From an uncultured Bacilli bacterium (lineage in GTDB: Bacteria; Bacillota_I; Bacilli_A; RF39; UBA660): a stretch of DNA of 64,000 nt. This document shows positions 27,854-37,467 of the stretch, in pieces (within the stretch, counting starts at the first letter, position 1; every line of letters starts with the position of its first letter). The stretch is taken from the NCBI GenBank assembly GCA_944372425.1, contig CALVZC010000002.1, positions 7,139 to 71,138 on the forward strand, read 5' to 3'. The notes below the pieces were generated by a model, which saw nothing but the letters and a program-made list of their open reading frames with translations, did no database searches and had not been told where the DNA came from. Both the position numbers and the translations under genes were made by a program.

Positions 27854-30130
27854 ATGGCAAAGAAAAAGAGTAGAAAAGAAGAAAAGAAAAAAAAATTTGA
27901 ATATAGTTTAGAGTTATATGGAATTGCTTTAATAATTCTGTCTATAATGGCTTTTGGGCCAGGTAAACCTTTAGGATATATTGGAAAATTAGCAAGATGT
28001 TTTGCTATATTTCTATTTGGAACATTAGACTGGCTATTTTTAGCTACTATATTTTTTCTTGGAATTTATCTTTTATTTAAAGGGAAATCACCCTCTTTTT
28101 GGTCAACTAAATTTATTGGACTTTTAATTGTTACAATTGGTATTTTAGTATTTAGTCATCTTGAATATGTTACAGAAAATAATGGAGATGCATCTTTAAT
28201 TTTTGAAACTACAATAAACGATATTATGGCAACTTTTGAAAATATAAAGCAAGGAATTGCTTTTACTACATATGGGAGTGGAATTATTGGATGTTCGTTG
28301 GCTGTTTTATTTAATATATTATTTGATCAAACAGGGACAAAAATTGTATCTATTATTTTAATGATTACTGGAACATGCTTCTTTACTGGTTTTTCAATAG
28401 TAGATTTAATAAAAACTGGTTTTGAAAAAAGTAAAAAATTTATTCCTAAAAATAAAAAAGCTGATAGCCAAGAAGATAGTGGAGAAAGTAAAGAATCAAT
28501 TGTTATTATTAATGATAATAATTTACCAAAAGAAGAATCTAATGAGCCTAAACTTGTAGTTTCAAGCATAGATGAATTAAAAAGAATGAATAATGAGGTA
28601 AAAGAAGTAAATGAAGAAGAAAATGTTTCTTCTGTAGTCAATGAACAACATATACAAAATAATAATTATGTTTTGCCAACTTTGTCTTTATTAAAACCAC
28701 CTGAGAGAAAGAAAAATCCAAATAGTCAAGCAACTATTGAAAATAATATAATAACGTTGGAAAAAACTTTAAAAGATTTTGGGATTATCGGAAAAGTAGT
28801 TGAAGTTAATAGTGGCCCTACTGTAACACAATATGAAATGGAATTACAAACAGGTACTAAGTTAAGTAAACTTTTAAGTATAAATAGAGAAATTTCATTA
28901 GCACTTGCAAAACGTGATGTCAGAATACAAGCTCCAATTCCTGGGAAAAGTACTGTTGGAATTGAAATACCCAACGAAGTTATTTCCACAGTATCATTAC
29001 GTGAAATTCTAGAAAATATTCCTCAAAATAAGGTTAATAATAAACTTTTAGTTGCTTTAGGAAAAAATATTATGGGCAAAAGTTTATTTGCCGAAATAGA
29101 TAAAACTCCACATTTACTTGTTGCTGGTGCAACAGGTAGTGGTAAATCTGTTTGTATAAACTGTATAATTGCTTCAATTCTTATGCGTGCTAAACCTGAT
29201 GAAGTAAAGTTAGTTATGGTCGATCCTAAAAAAGTCGAACTTTCTATGTATAATGGAATTCCACACTTATTAATGCCTGTTGTTACAGATCCAAAAAAAG
29301 CAAGTGTAGCTTTGCAAAAAATTGTTTCGGAAATGGAACATCGTTATGACTTATTTAGTGAAAAAAATGTAAAAAATATTGCTACATATAATGCTTGGGT
29401 TGAAAAAGAAAATTCAGTTAGATCAAATGAAGACAAAATAAGTAAGATGTATTACATTGTAGTTATTGTCGATGAATTAGCTGATTTAATGCTTGTTGCT
29501 AGCAAAGAAGTAGAAGATTCAATTATGCGTATTACACAAATGGCAAGAGCTGCAGGTATTCATTTAATTGTAGCAACTCAAAGACCATCAACTGATGTAA
29601 TAACAGGGGTAGTAAAAGCTAATATTCCATCACGTATTTCTTTTGCGGTTTCTAGTAGCATAGATTCTAGAACAATATTAGATATGACAGGAGCAGAAAA
29701 ACTTTTAGGAAAGGGAGATATGTTATTTTTACCTATGGGTGAAATTTCACCAGAAAGAATTCAAGGCGCTTACGTTTCAGATGAAGAAATAGAAACACTA
29801 GTTAATTATACTGTTAATCAGCAAAAAGCCCAATATGATGAAAGATTTATGAACTTAAATCATGCCAATGAACAAGGAAATGCTGGTGGTATGATAAAAG
29901 ATCAAGAAGAAGAATATGATGATCCACTTTACAACGATATTGTCGAATTTGTTATTACTACTGGGAAAGCTAGTGCATCTTTATTGCAAAGAAGGTTTAA
30001 ATTAGGGTATAATAGAGCTGCTAGGTTAATTGATTTATTAGAAGAAAGAGGAATAATTGGACCTCAAAATGGATCGAAACCTAGAGAAGTTTTAGTTAAA
30101 TTAGATAATAGTCATGATGAAAATAACTAA
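27854..30130 (+). CDS. ftsK: DNA translocase FtsK/SpoIIIE
   Basis: N-terminal TM segments. Motor domain with Walker A GATGSGKS and a C-terminal gamma (winged-helix) domain. Confidence 0.9.
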   Translation: MAKKKSRKEEKKKKFEYSLELYGIALIILSIMAFGPGKPLGYIGKLARCFAIFLFGTLDWLFLATIFFLGIYLLFKGKSPSFWSTKFIGLLIVTIGILVFSHLEYVTENNGDASLIFETTINDIMATFENIKQGIAFTTYGSGIIGCSLAVLFNILFDQTGTKIVSIILMITGTCFFTGFSIVDLIKTGFEKSKKFIPKNKKADSQEDSGESKESIVIINDNNLPKEESNEPKLVVSSIDELKRMNNEVKEVNEEENVSSVVNEQHIQNNNYVLPTLSLLKPPERKKNPNSQATIENNIITLEKTLKDFGIIGKVVEVNSGPTVTQYEMELQTGTKLSKLLSINREISLALAKRDVRIQAPIPGKSTVGIEIPNEVISTVSLREILENIPQNKVNNKLLVALGKNIMGKSLFAEIDKTPHLLVAGATGSGKSVCINCIIASILMRAKPDEVKLVMVDPKKVELSMYNGIPHLLMPVVTDPKKASVALQKIVSEMEHRYDLFSEKNVKNIATYNAWVEKENSVRSNEDKISKMYYIVVIVDELADLMLVASKEVEDSIMRITQMARAAGIHLIVATQRPSTDVITGVVKANIPSRISFAVSSSIDSRTILDMTGAEKLLGKGDMLFLPMGEISPERIQGAYVSDEEIETLVNYTVNQQKAQYDERFMNLNHANEQGNAGGMIKDQEEEYDDPLYNDIVEFVITTGKASASLLQRRFKLGYNRAARLIDLLEERGIIGPQNGSKPREVLVKLDNSHDENN

Positions 30131-30150
30131 GCTTTTGCTTAGTTATTTTG
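30125..30150 (+). terminator. Rho-independent terminator
   Basis: aactaagc-tttt-gcttagtt perfect hairpin followed by atttt. It overlaps the ftsK stop. Confidence 0.65.
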
Positions 30151-30175
30151 ATAAAAAAAGAAAGAAGGTATATTA

Positions 30176-30907
30176 ATGTCAACAGCACATATTGAAGCAA
30201 AAAAAGAGGATATTGCCCCAATTGTATTAATGCCTGGTGATCCACTAAGAGCAAAATATATAGCAGATAATTTTTTAGAAAATGCTAAATTAATTAATTC
30301 GGTTAGAAATATGTATGGATATACTGGCTTTTATAAAGGTAAAAGAGTAACAGTCTTTGCCTCTGGAATGGGAATTGCTAGTATTGGTATATATGCGTAT
30401 GAATTGTACAAATTTTATGATGTAGAAAAAATAATAAGAATTGGTACTTGTGGAACAAATAATAAAAATTTAAAAATTTTAGATATAGTTCTTGCAGAGT
30501 CATCTTATAGTCTTAACCCTTTTCCTTATCTTTTTGATGGTGATGAAGAAAAGGAATATTTTGCATCAATAGAATTAAATGAAAAAATAAAACAAATGGC
30601 TGCTAATTCATCAATAAAATTGAATTGTGGAAAAATAATTACTAGTGATGTTTTTGATCCCTATGTTAATTATGAAAAATATATAAAAAAATATCCAAAT
30701 TTTGATAGTTTTTTAGCTAATGAAATGGAAAGTTTTGCCCTTTTTTATTTAGCATACAAATTAAAAAAAGAAGCAGCTTGTCTTTTAACAGTTGTTGATT
30801 CGCCATTTGATAGTAAAAAACTTACTAGCGAGGAGCGTCAATCTTCACTTAATTTAATGATAAAACTATCTTTAGATACTGTAACTTCTTTAAATAAATT
30901 TAATTAA
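30176..30907 (+). CDS. deoD: Purine nucleoside phosphorylase, DeoD type
   Basis: STAHIEAKKEDIAPIVLMPGDPLRAKYIA and GMGIAS are typical of DeoD (PNP family 1). Confidence 0.9.
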   Translation: MSTAHIEAKKEDIAPIVLMPGDPLRAKYIADNFLENAKLINSVRNMYGYTGFYKGKRVTVFASGMGIASIGIYAYELYKFYDVEKIIRIGTCGTNNKNLKILDIVLAESSYSLNPFPYLFDGDEEKEYFASIELNEKIKQMAANSSIKLNCGKIITSDVFDPYVNYEKYIKKYPNFDSFLANEMESFALFYLAYKLKKEAACLLTVVDSPFDSKKLTSEERQSSLNLMIKLSLDTVTSLNKFN

Positions 30908-30937
30908 TTTATTTATAATAAATAATGAGGTGATAGA

Positions 30938-32203
30938 TTGAAATATGTAAAAAAAGAGTTTGGATCGTATAATTTACATATGATACATACAGATAAATTT
31001 AAAACTATTACAGTTGAAGTGATTTTTCAAAACAAAATAGAGAAAAATAAAATAACTATTACAAATTTTTTATCTTCTATGCTTTCTTATTCTACTAAAA
31101 AGTTTCCAACGAAAAATAGTTTAATGTTATATATGCAAGATTTATATTCAGTTAAATTATTTCCAAGCTGTTACAGAATAGGTAAATGTTATAATGCTGA
31201 TTTCAACATGTGCTTTTTAAATGAGAAATATACTGAAAAGGGTATGTATGAAAAAACATTGGAACTTTTGAAAAATATTATTTTTGATCCAAATGTTTTA
31301 GAAAATTCATTTGATGAGACAAGTTTTAATATTGTAAAAAACGATGAAAAATCACAAATAGAAAGAATAAAAGAAGATCTTCGAAAATATTCCATAATTC
31401 AAATGCTTCAATTATTAAATGATAAAGAAGTCTTTTCCTATTCTGAATATGGTTATATTGAAGACTTAGAGCAAATAACTCCATCTAACTTATATCAGTT
31501 TTATAAAGAGTTTATCAATAATAGCATTATAGATATTTTTATAGTAGGAAATATAGATTTTAAAGAAACAGAAAATTTAATTAGGGACAAATTTAAATTT
31601 AGAACATTTAAAAATTCAAAAATTAACCCAATTTTAAATGATATCGAAATAAGGAAAAAAACTCAAATAATTTTTGAGAAAGAAAAAACACTTCAATCAA
31701 AGCTTAGTATTGGATGTATTATTAACAATATGACTAAATTTGAACGTGAATATGTTTTAAATATTTATAATTTAATATTAGGTTCAACAGCAGATTCTAA
31801 ATTTTTCAAGAATATACGTGAAAAATATTCAATTTGTTATTATATTTCATCTATTGGTAATAAGCTTGATAATCTACTTATTATTACATCTGGAATAAAT
31901 AAAGAAAATTTTGATAAAACACTTAGCCTCATAAAGAAAGAAATGAATGATATGCAAAATGGTATTTTTACAGATGAAGAAATTGAAAATGCTAAAAAAT
32001 ATTATTTATCGTTATTGGAAGAAGCTTTAGATAATCCAAATCAAATTATATCTTCTTATTATGCAATGAACTTATGGCAAGTTGATTCCATTGAAAAAAG
32101 AAAAAGTGAAATAAAAAAAGTAACAAGAAATGATATTATCAATTTATCAAAGAAAATTTTTATTGATACAGTTTTCTTATTAGGAGGTGATAATAGTGAT
32201 TAG
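30938..32203 (+). CDS. M16-family peptidase, non-catalytic partner subunit
   Basis: TTG start after GAGGTGA. M16 fold length but no HxxEH motif. Directly upstream of, and overlapping, the catalytic paralog. Confidence 0.7.
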   Translation: MKYVKKEFGSYNLHMIHTDKFKTITVEVIFQNKIEKNKITITNFLSSMLSYSTKKFPTKNSLMLYMQDLYSVKLFPSCYRIGKCYNADFNMCFLNEKYTEKGMYEKTLELLKNIIFDPNVLENSFDETSFNIVKNDEKSQIERIKEDLRKYSIIQMLQLLNDKEVFSYSEYGYIEDLEQITPSNLYQFYKEFINNSIIDIFIVGNIDFKETENLIRDKFKFRTFKNSKINPILNDIEIRKKTQIIFEKEKTLQSKLSIGCIINNMTKFEREYVLNIYNLILGSTADSKFFKNIREKYSICYYISSIGNKLDNLLIITSGINKENFDKTLSLIKKEMNDMQNGIFTDEEIENAKKYYLSLLEEALDNPNQIISSYYAMNLWQVDSIEKRKSEIKKVTRNDIINLSKKIFIDTVFLLGGDNSD

Positions 32204-33479
32204 TAAAGAATTAAAAGGTCTAGAGCAAAAAATCTATATTGAAAAATTGGCTAATGGCTTGACAATTTATTTAATACCATTTGAAAATAGAAAAAACTAT
32301 TATATAGAATATGTTACCAAGTTTGGTGCTGCAATAAATAAATTTATTCCTATTACAAAAAAAGAATATAAAAAAGTTCCATATGGTGTAGCACATTTTT
32401 TGGAACATAAGATGTTTGAACAAGAATCAGGAGAATTACCATTTGAGTTTTTTTCTAAATATGGAAGTGATGCTAATGCAGCAACAGGATATAAAACAAC
32501 ATCATATACTGTAGAAGGTACTAATAATATAGAAGAAAATTTAGATTATCTGCTTACTTATGTAAATAGTCCTTATTTTACTTTGGAAAATGTTGATAAA
32601 GAAAAAAACATAATTATAGAAGAAATAAATATGTATAATGATGAACCAGAAGGAAAACTTTATCGAGAAAGCAGTAAGGCAATTTTTAAATATCATCCAA
32701 TGCGTATTGATATTGGTGGAACAGAAAAAAGTGTTAATAGTATTACAAAAGAAGATCTTTATGATTGCTATAATTTATTTTATCAACCAAGTAATATGAT
32801 ATTATTTATTGGTGGAAATTTTAATGTTGATAGTGTTATTAATGTTATAAAGTCGAATAAAGCATTATTAAAGAATAAGATTAATCAACCAATAAAAATA
32901 AAAAAAGTAAATGAGCCATTAAATATAAATATTCCATATAAAAATTTAAAAATAAGTGGTTTAATTATTCCAAAATTTATTTTTACATTAAAAATTTCAA
33001 TAAAAAATATTCCTAAAAATAACCTTTATAAATATGTTTTAGCCGTTACTTTATTGACTAATATTTTATATGGCAGTTCTTCAAAGTTTAGAGAAAATGC
33101 TTTGAAATTAGGTATTATGTCATTCTTTACTATTTCGAAAGCAATTATTGATGATTTTTTATTAGTCGAATTTATTGCCGAAAGTAAAGAACCTGAAAAT
33201 TTATCAAAAATGGTAAAAGATTATTTTTTTAATCAAAATATTGAAGAATTGGATTTAGAAAGAAATAAAAAAAGTCACATAGCTGGATTAGTATTAAGTT
33301 CGGATAGAGTCGTTTCTACTGTCAGCAATTTAGTAGATACTGTAATAGATTATGATGATATTATTTCTAATAAATTAGAAATTATAAAAAGTATTAATTT
33401 AAAATATATATTTGATATTAAAAATAAAATTAATATTGATAATTCTTCTCTTATAATTGCATATCCTAAAAATAATTAG
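32196..33479 (+). CDS. M16-family (pitrilysin/insulinase) zinc peptidase, catalytic subunit
   Basis: HFLEH inverted-zincin motif (HxxEH). GTG 32196 lies 8 nt after the GGAGG RBS. The track start 32187 sits inside the RBS. Confidence 0.8.
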   Translation: MISKELKGLEQKIYIEKLANGLTIYLIPFENRKNYYIEYVTKFGAAINKFIPITKKEYKKVPYGVAHFLEHKMFEQESGELPFEFFSKYGSDANAATGYKTTSYTVEGTNNIEENLDYLLTYVNSPYFTLENVDKEKNIIIEEINMYNDEPEGKLYRESSKAIFKYHPMRIDIGGTEKSVNSITKEDLYDCYNLFYQPSNMILFIGGNFNVDSVINVIKSNKALLKNKINQPIKIKKVNEPLNINIPYKNLKISGLIIPKFIFTLKISIKNIPKNNLYKYVLAVTLLTNILYGSSSKFRENALKLGIMSFFTISKAIIDDFLLVEFIAESKEPENLSKMVKDYFFNQNIEELDLERNKKSHIAGLVLSSDRVVSTVSNLVDTVIDYDDIISNKLEIIKSINLKYIFDIKNKINIDNSSLIIAYPKNN

Positions 33480-33548
33480 CTTAATTATAATAAAACCTCT
33501 TTTTTTATTGTTAGAGTATGATATAATAAAAAAGAATAGGGTGATTAT

Positions 33549-35324
33549 ATGAATAATAATATTGGTAAGATTATAAATATTGAAGAAAATATAGTTACTG
33601 TAAAAATAGATGTCAATGTTTTAAATTATGGTAATCTTATGAATATACATACGGTGTTTGATGATGGAAAAAGAAAATTAATAGGAGAAATTTTAAAAGT
33701 AGATATTGAATATTTAAAGATAGCAATAGTTGGAGAATTAAAAGAACAAATATTTATTCCAGGTATAAGTTTAAAGCCTAGTTTTTCTTCTATTATTAGA
33801 ATTGTTACAAAAGAAGAATTGTCATATATTTTAGGGCCACAAGAGATAATCGATAATAATCAAATTGCGCTTGGAGTATCTTCAGTTTACCCTGGATATA
33901 AAATAAATGTCGATGTTAATTCTTTTTTTAGTAATCATTTTGCTATTTTAGGTAATACAGGGTCAGGTAAGAGTTGTACTTTTGCTCGTATTGTTCAAAA
34001 TATTTTTACAACTTCAAAATATTTACCAGTTAACGCAAGTATTTTTGTTTTTGATGCTTATGGAGAATATAAAAATGCTTTTTCTTTTCTTCATGAATTT
34101 AATGCTGGTCTTAACTTTAAGTCTTATACAACTAATACACAATATCCTGATACGGAGCTTTTAAAGATACCATTATGGCTTTTAGATGTCGATGATATTG
34201 CATTATTGTTAAATGCAACAAGTCCATCTCAGTTACCGATAATTGAAAAAGCTCTAAAACTTGTTCCAATATTAAAAGGTACAGGTGAGGAATCTACTAA
34301 AATAAAAAATGATATTATTGCACGTGCAATTTTAGACATTTTGAAAAGTGGAAAAGATTCAATAAAAATTCGTGATCAAGTTACAGCTGTTTTATCTACA
34401 TATAATACAGAATTACTTAATTTAAATAGTCAAATTATTCAACCAGGATATGTTAGAACATTGAAACAATGTATATACGTTGATAATTCTGGAAAAATGC
34501 AAGAAATGGAATTAGTTGTTAACTTTATAAGTGCTTTTGTAATTGAAGGTTTTGAAATATCTAATCCTAAGGGAGATGTACAATACGAACTTTCGGATTT
34601 AGAATTAGCATTAAATTTTGCTCTCATATCAGAAGGTATTTTAAAAAGTGATAAAGTTTTCGATTATGCCAATGTACTTTCTGTTAGGTTACATTCTTTA
34701 GTTAATAGTGACTATGCTGATTATTTTAAATATGATAAAATGGTAACAATAAATGGTTATATTAGTGATTTGTTAACGACATTCGATGGTAAAAAAGCTC
34801 AATTAATTGATTTTAATATTAACTATGTAGATGATAGATTGGCTAAAGTTATGACAAAAATAATTTCAAAAATTTTATTTGACTTTTCAGCTAATAATGA
34901 AAATAGAGGAAAATTTCCATTTCATATAATTATTGAAGAAGCACATCGATATGTACAAAATGATAAGGACGTCGAGTTGCTAGGATATAATATTTTTGAT
35001 AGAATTACAAAAGAAGGAAGAAAGTATGGAGTAATTTTAGGACTTATTACTCAAAGACCTAGTGAACTTAGCGAAACAAGTATTTCACAGTGTTCAAATT
35101 TTTTAGTTCTGCGTACTTTACACCCTAAAGATTTGCATTATATTAAAGAAATGGTACCTAACGTTAGTGATGAAATATTGGCAATTTTAAAAACATTACA
35201 ACCTGGTAGTGCAATTGCTTTCGGTAGCGCTTTCAAAGTACCAATATCTTTAAAAATGGATAAACCGAATCCAGAACCTTATAGTAGTAATAGTAATATT
35301 GCTAAAATTTGGTATGCGTTATAA
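33549..35324 (+). CDS. HerA/FtsK-like (DUF87) P-loop ATPase
   Basis: Walker A GNTGSGKS and Walker B HIIIEEAHRY, plus an N-terminal beta-rich domain. No NurA-like or other partner gene adjacent. Confidence 0.65.
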   Translation: MNNNIGKIINIEENIVTVKIDVNVLNYGNLMNIHTVFDDGKRKLIGEILKVDIEYLKIAIVGELKEQIFIPGISLKPSFSSIIRIVTKEELSYILGPQEIIDNNQIALGVSSVYPGYKINVDVNSFFSNHFAILGNTGSGKSCTFARIVQNIFTTSKYLPVNASIFVFDAYGEYKNAFSFLHEFNAGLNFKSYTTNTQYPDTELLKIPLWLLDVDDIALLLNATSPSQLPIIEKALKLVPILKGTGEESTKIKNDIIARAILDILKSGKDSIKIRDQVTAVLSTYNTELLNLNSQIIQPGYVRTLKQCIYVDNSGKMQEMELVVNFISAFVIEGFEISNPKGDVQYELSDLELALNFALISEGILKSDKVFDYANVLSVRLHSLVNSDYADYFKYDKMVTINGYISDLLTTFDGKKAQLIDFNINYVDDRLAKVMTKIISKILFDFSANNENRGKFPFHIIIEEAHRYVQNDKDVELLGYNIFDRITKEGRKYGVILGLITQRPSELSETSISQCSNFLVLRTLHPKDLHYIKEMVPNVSDEILAILKTLQPGSAIAFGSAFKVPISLKMDKPNPEPYSSNSNIAKIWYAL

Positions 35325-35424
35325 ATTTATTATGTAAAATAATAAAATGTATATAAAATAAGTCTTTAAAAAAAATATTGTTTGTGATAGAATAATAAAT
35401 ATAGATATAATTGGAGGATATAAA

Positions 35425-35838
35425 ATGGCATTAGAGAAATTAAAAGGAATATTTGGTGGACAAGATTCAGATGATGATAATGTTGAAAATGATACAGTAA
35501 TAGAAAGAAATAGCTCTGCTGAAAATACAATGATACTTTTAGAACCAAGAGCTTATTCAGAGTCTCAACAAATAGCAGACTACTTAAAAAGTAATTCATC
35601 TGTTGTAGTTAATTTGAAAAGAGTTACTCCTGATCAAGCAAAAAGAATTGTTGATTTTTTAAGCGGTACTATTTATGCAATAGGTGGAGATTTGCAAAAA
35701 TTAGGTGGTGGAATTTTTCTATGTACTCCTAAAAATATTAATGTTGAAGGAAAAATTAGTGATGATTCTGCCAATAGCAAAAATAATAAAAATAAGAAAA
35801 GTGACGAACAATTAGAAGACGATGAATTTAACTTTTAA
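35425..35838 (+). CDS. sepF: Cell division protein SepF
   Basis: [18 protein letters not shown]...VVVNL..V....[25 protein letters not shown] is the DUF552/SepF signature. Confidence 0.85.
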   Translation: MALEKLKGIFGGQDSDDDNVENDTVIERNSSAENTMILLEPRAYSESQQIADYLKSNSSVVVNLKRVTPDQAKRIVDFLSGTIYAIGGDLQKLGGGIFLCTPKNINVEGKISDDSANSKNNKNKKSDEQLEDDEFNF

Positions 35839-35867
35839 ATTAATTCTGTTTTTGAGGTGATAAAATC

Positions 35868-36299
35868 ATGGATAAATTTAAAATTGAAGAAAATGGTTAT
35901 AGCATAGCAGAAGTTAACAAATTTGTGGATGACGTTATCGCCCAAACAGAGAATATGCTTGAAAAAATGAAAAAGCAACATAGAGATAATGAAGAATTAC
36001 ATAGACAAGTAGAGCACTATAAAAAAATAGAAACTGAATTAAAAAACGCTCTTTTTAAGGCTGAACAGTCTAGTAGTGAAATAAAAAAACAAGCCTATGA
36101 TGAAAAAAATACAATTATTGAAGAAGCTAGAAAGAATGCTTCGCGAATTGTTAATGATGCATTATTGCGTGCAGAAAAAATAGAAATAAAAGCAGATACA
36201 TTAGAAAGAAATATGAGAATTTTTAAGAAAAAGTTAAAACTTGTTGTAGAACAACAATTGACTGTTATTGATGAAATAGAAGATTTAGATTTAAAATAA
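35868..36299 (+). CDS. DivIVA-domain protein
   Basis: The N-terminal motif F....NGYS..EV..FVD.V is the DivIVA domain. Coiled-coil remainder. Located next to sepF. Confidence 0.75.
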   Translation: MDKFKIEENGYSIAEVNKFVDDVIAQTENMLEKMKKQHRDNEELHRQVEHYKKIETELKNALFKAEQSSSEIKKQAYDEKNTIIEEARKNASRIVNDALLRAEKIEIKADTLERNMRIFKKKLKLVVEQQLTVIDEIEDLDLK

Positions 36300-36328
36300 A
36301 AAAACATTTGATTTCAAATGTTTTTTTA
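36299..36328. terminator. Bidirectional rho-independent terminator
   Basis: Palindrome aaaacatttga-ttt-caaatgtttt flanked by A and T runs. It lies between the convergent DivIVA-domain gene and rpmB. Confidence 0.7.
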
Positions 36329-36520
36329 CATACTTTCTTGTGAAAGTTTTTCAGCTTTTCTTAATGTTCTAGCTTCTTTAGCACTAATTCTTACTCTAGT
36401 TCCATCAGTTAATCTAACTACTTGTAAATTTAAATTTTGAGTACTGTTAGTAGTATTTAAAGCATGAGAACGGATTCTTTTTCTTTTATTAGGTTTTCTA
36501 TCTGATAAATTAATTGCCAT
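36326..36520 (-). CDS. rpmB: 50S ribosomal protein L28
   Basis: RSHALN..N..NLQ.VR......RVRISAKEARTL matches L28. RBS AAGGAGG. Confidence 0.85.
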   Translation of the reverse strand: MAINLSDRKPNKRKRIRSHALNTTNSTQNLNLQVVRLTDGTRVRISAKEARTLRKAEKLSQESM

Positions 36521-36622
36521 AATAATATAGAGCCTCCTTCATTAAATTTAATTTTGCCATATAACTTTATCATAAATTTATCTATTAGTCAATTTCAATT
36601 AAATATTTTTATTTATAAATTT

Positions 36623-37339
36623 TTATATAAGTTTGCCTAAATCGTGTAACTTGCTAGCTTCTTTATCATGATTATATAGTTCATCTAATACTAAATCGTT
36701 ACTTTCTTTTACACCGTTAATTAAAAAATCTATAAATTTAGGTGCAAAATAAAGAGATTCTTGAAGTCTATAGTTTTGATCAGTCAAAAGAGTGTCAACT
36801 TCATTTCTACTAAGACCAAAAAGATATGAAAGTAAAATTTCATTTAAATGTTTTTGATGTTCAGAAACATCTTCTTTTTTTCTAATTCCTACTAAATCTA
36901 TTGCATATATATTAGCATCAGTGGATAAAAAATTATCTGAGTGTAAGTCATTATGATAATATTTAAGTCTATTTAATGCATCGACAAATGATATTAATTG
37001 ATACATTTTTGGAATCCTATCATTTATTGATCTTTGAGGATTATAAAACTGGGTTTTTTGAGTAAGTGTCTGACTATTTTCTATAAATGGTGTTACATCT
37101 CCAATTATTTGATGCTTATCATTTATAATAAAAGCTTCTGGAAATAAAGCATGAGGAATATCTTGCTGACTTAGTGCATGCATTTCACTTGCATATCTAA
37201 ATGGCAAGCATTGATGATAAAACTTATATACTTTATCTTTATCTTTAAATAATCTACTATTAGTGTTTATAGTTCCACAATCTAATTCTAATCTTGTTAA
37301 TCCTTTAGGAAGGTTTTTACTTTCTATTGCAATAAACAT
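36623..37339 (-). CDS. Small atypical protein-kinase-like fold protein (RIO/Kdo-kinase/APH-like)
   Basis: YYHNDLHSDNFL (catalytic-loop-like HxDLxxxN) and IDLVG (DFG-equivalent). 238 aa. RBS GGAGGT. Confidence 0.45.
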   Translation of the reverse strand: MFIAIESKNLPKGLTRLELDCGTINTNSRLFKDKDKVYKFYHQCLPFRYASEMHALSQQDIPHALFPEAFIINDKHQIIGDVTPFIENSQTLTQKTQFYNPQRSINDRIPKMYQLISFVDALNRLKYYHNDLHSDNFLSTDANIYAIDLVGIRKKEDVSEHQKHLNEILLSYLFGLSRNEVDTLLTDQNYRLQESLYFAPKFIDFLINGVKESNDLVLDELYNHDKEASKLHDLGKLI

Positions 37340-37467
37340 AATACCTCCGATTTTTTCTTAATATTTAAATATATTATATACTTATTAATAATATATTTCA
37401 ATTCTTATCTTCTTTTGCGTAAAAACATAATACATATGTTATAATTATTATGAAAGGAGTAGTAATC

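Noticed and set aside
30938-33479. M16 peptidase pair as part of a RiPP/bacteriocin maturation cluster
   Set aside because: No precursor peptide, ABC exporter or radical-SAM gene is adjacent. An inactive-plus-active M16 pair is a common housekeeping arrangement in Firmicutes (ymfF/ymfH-like).
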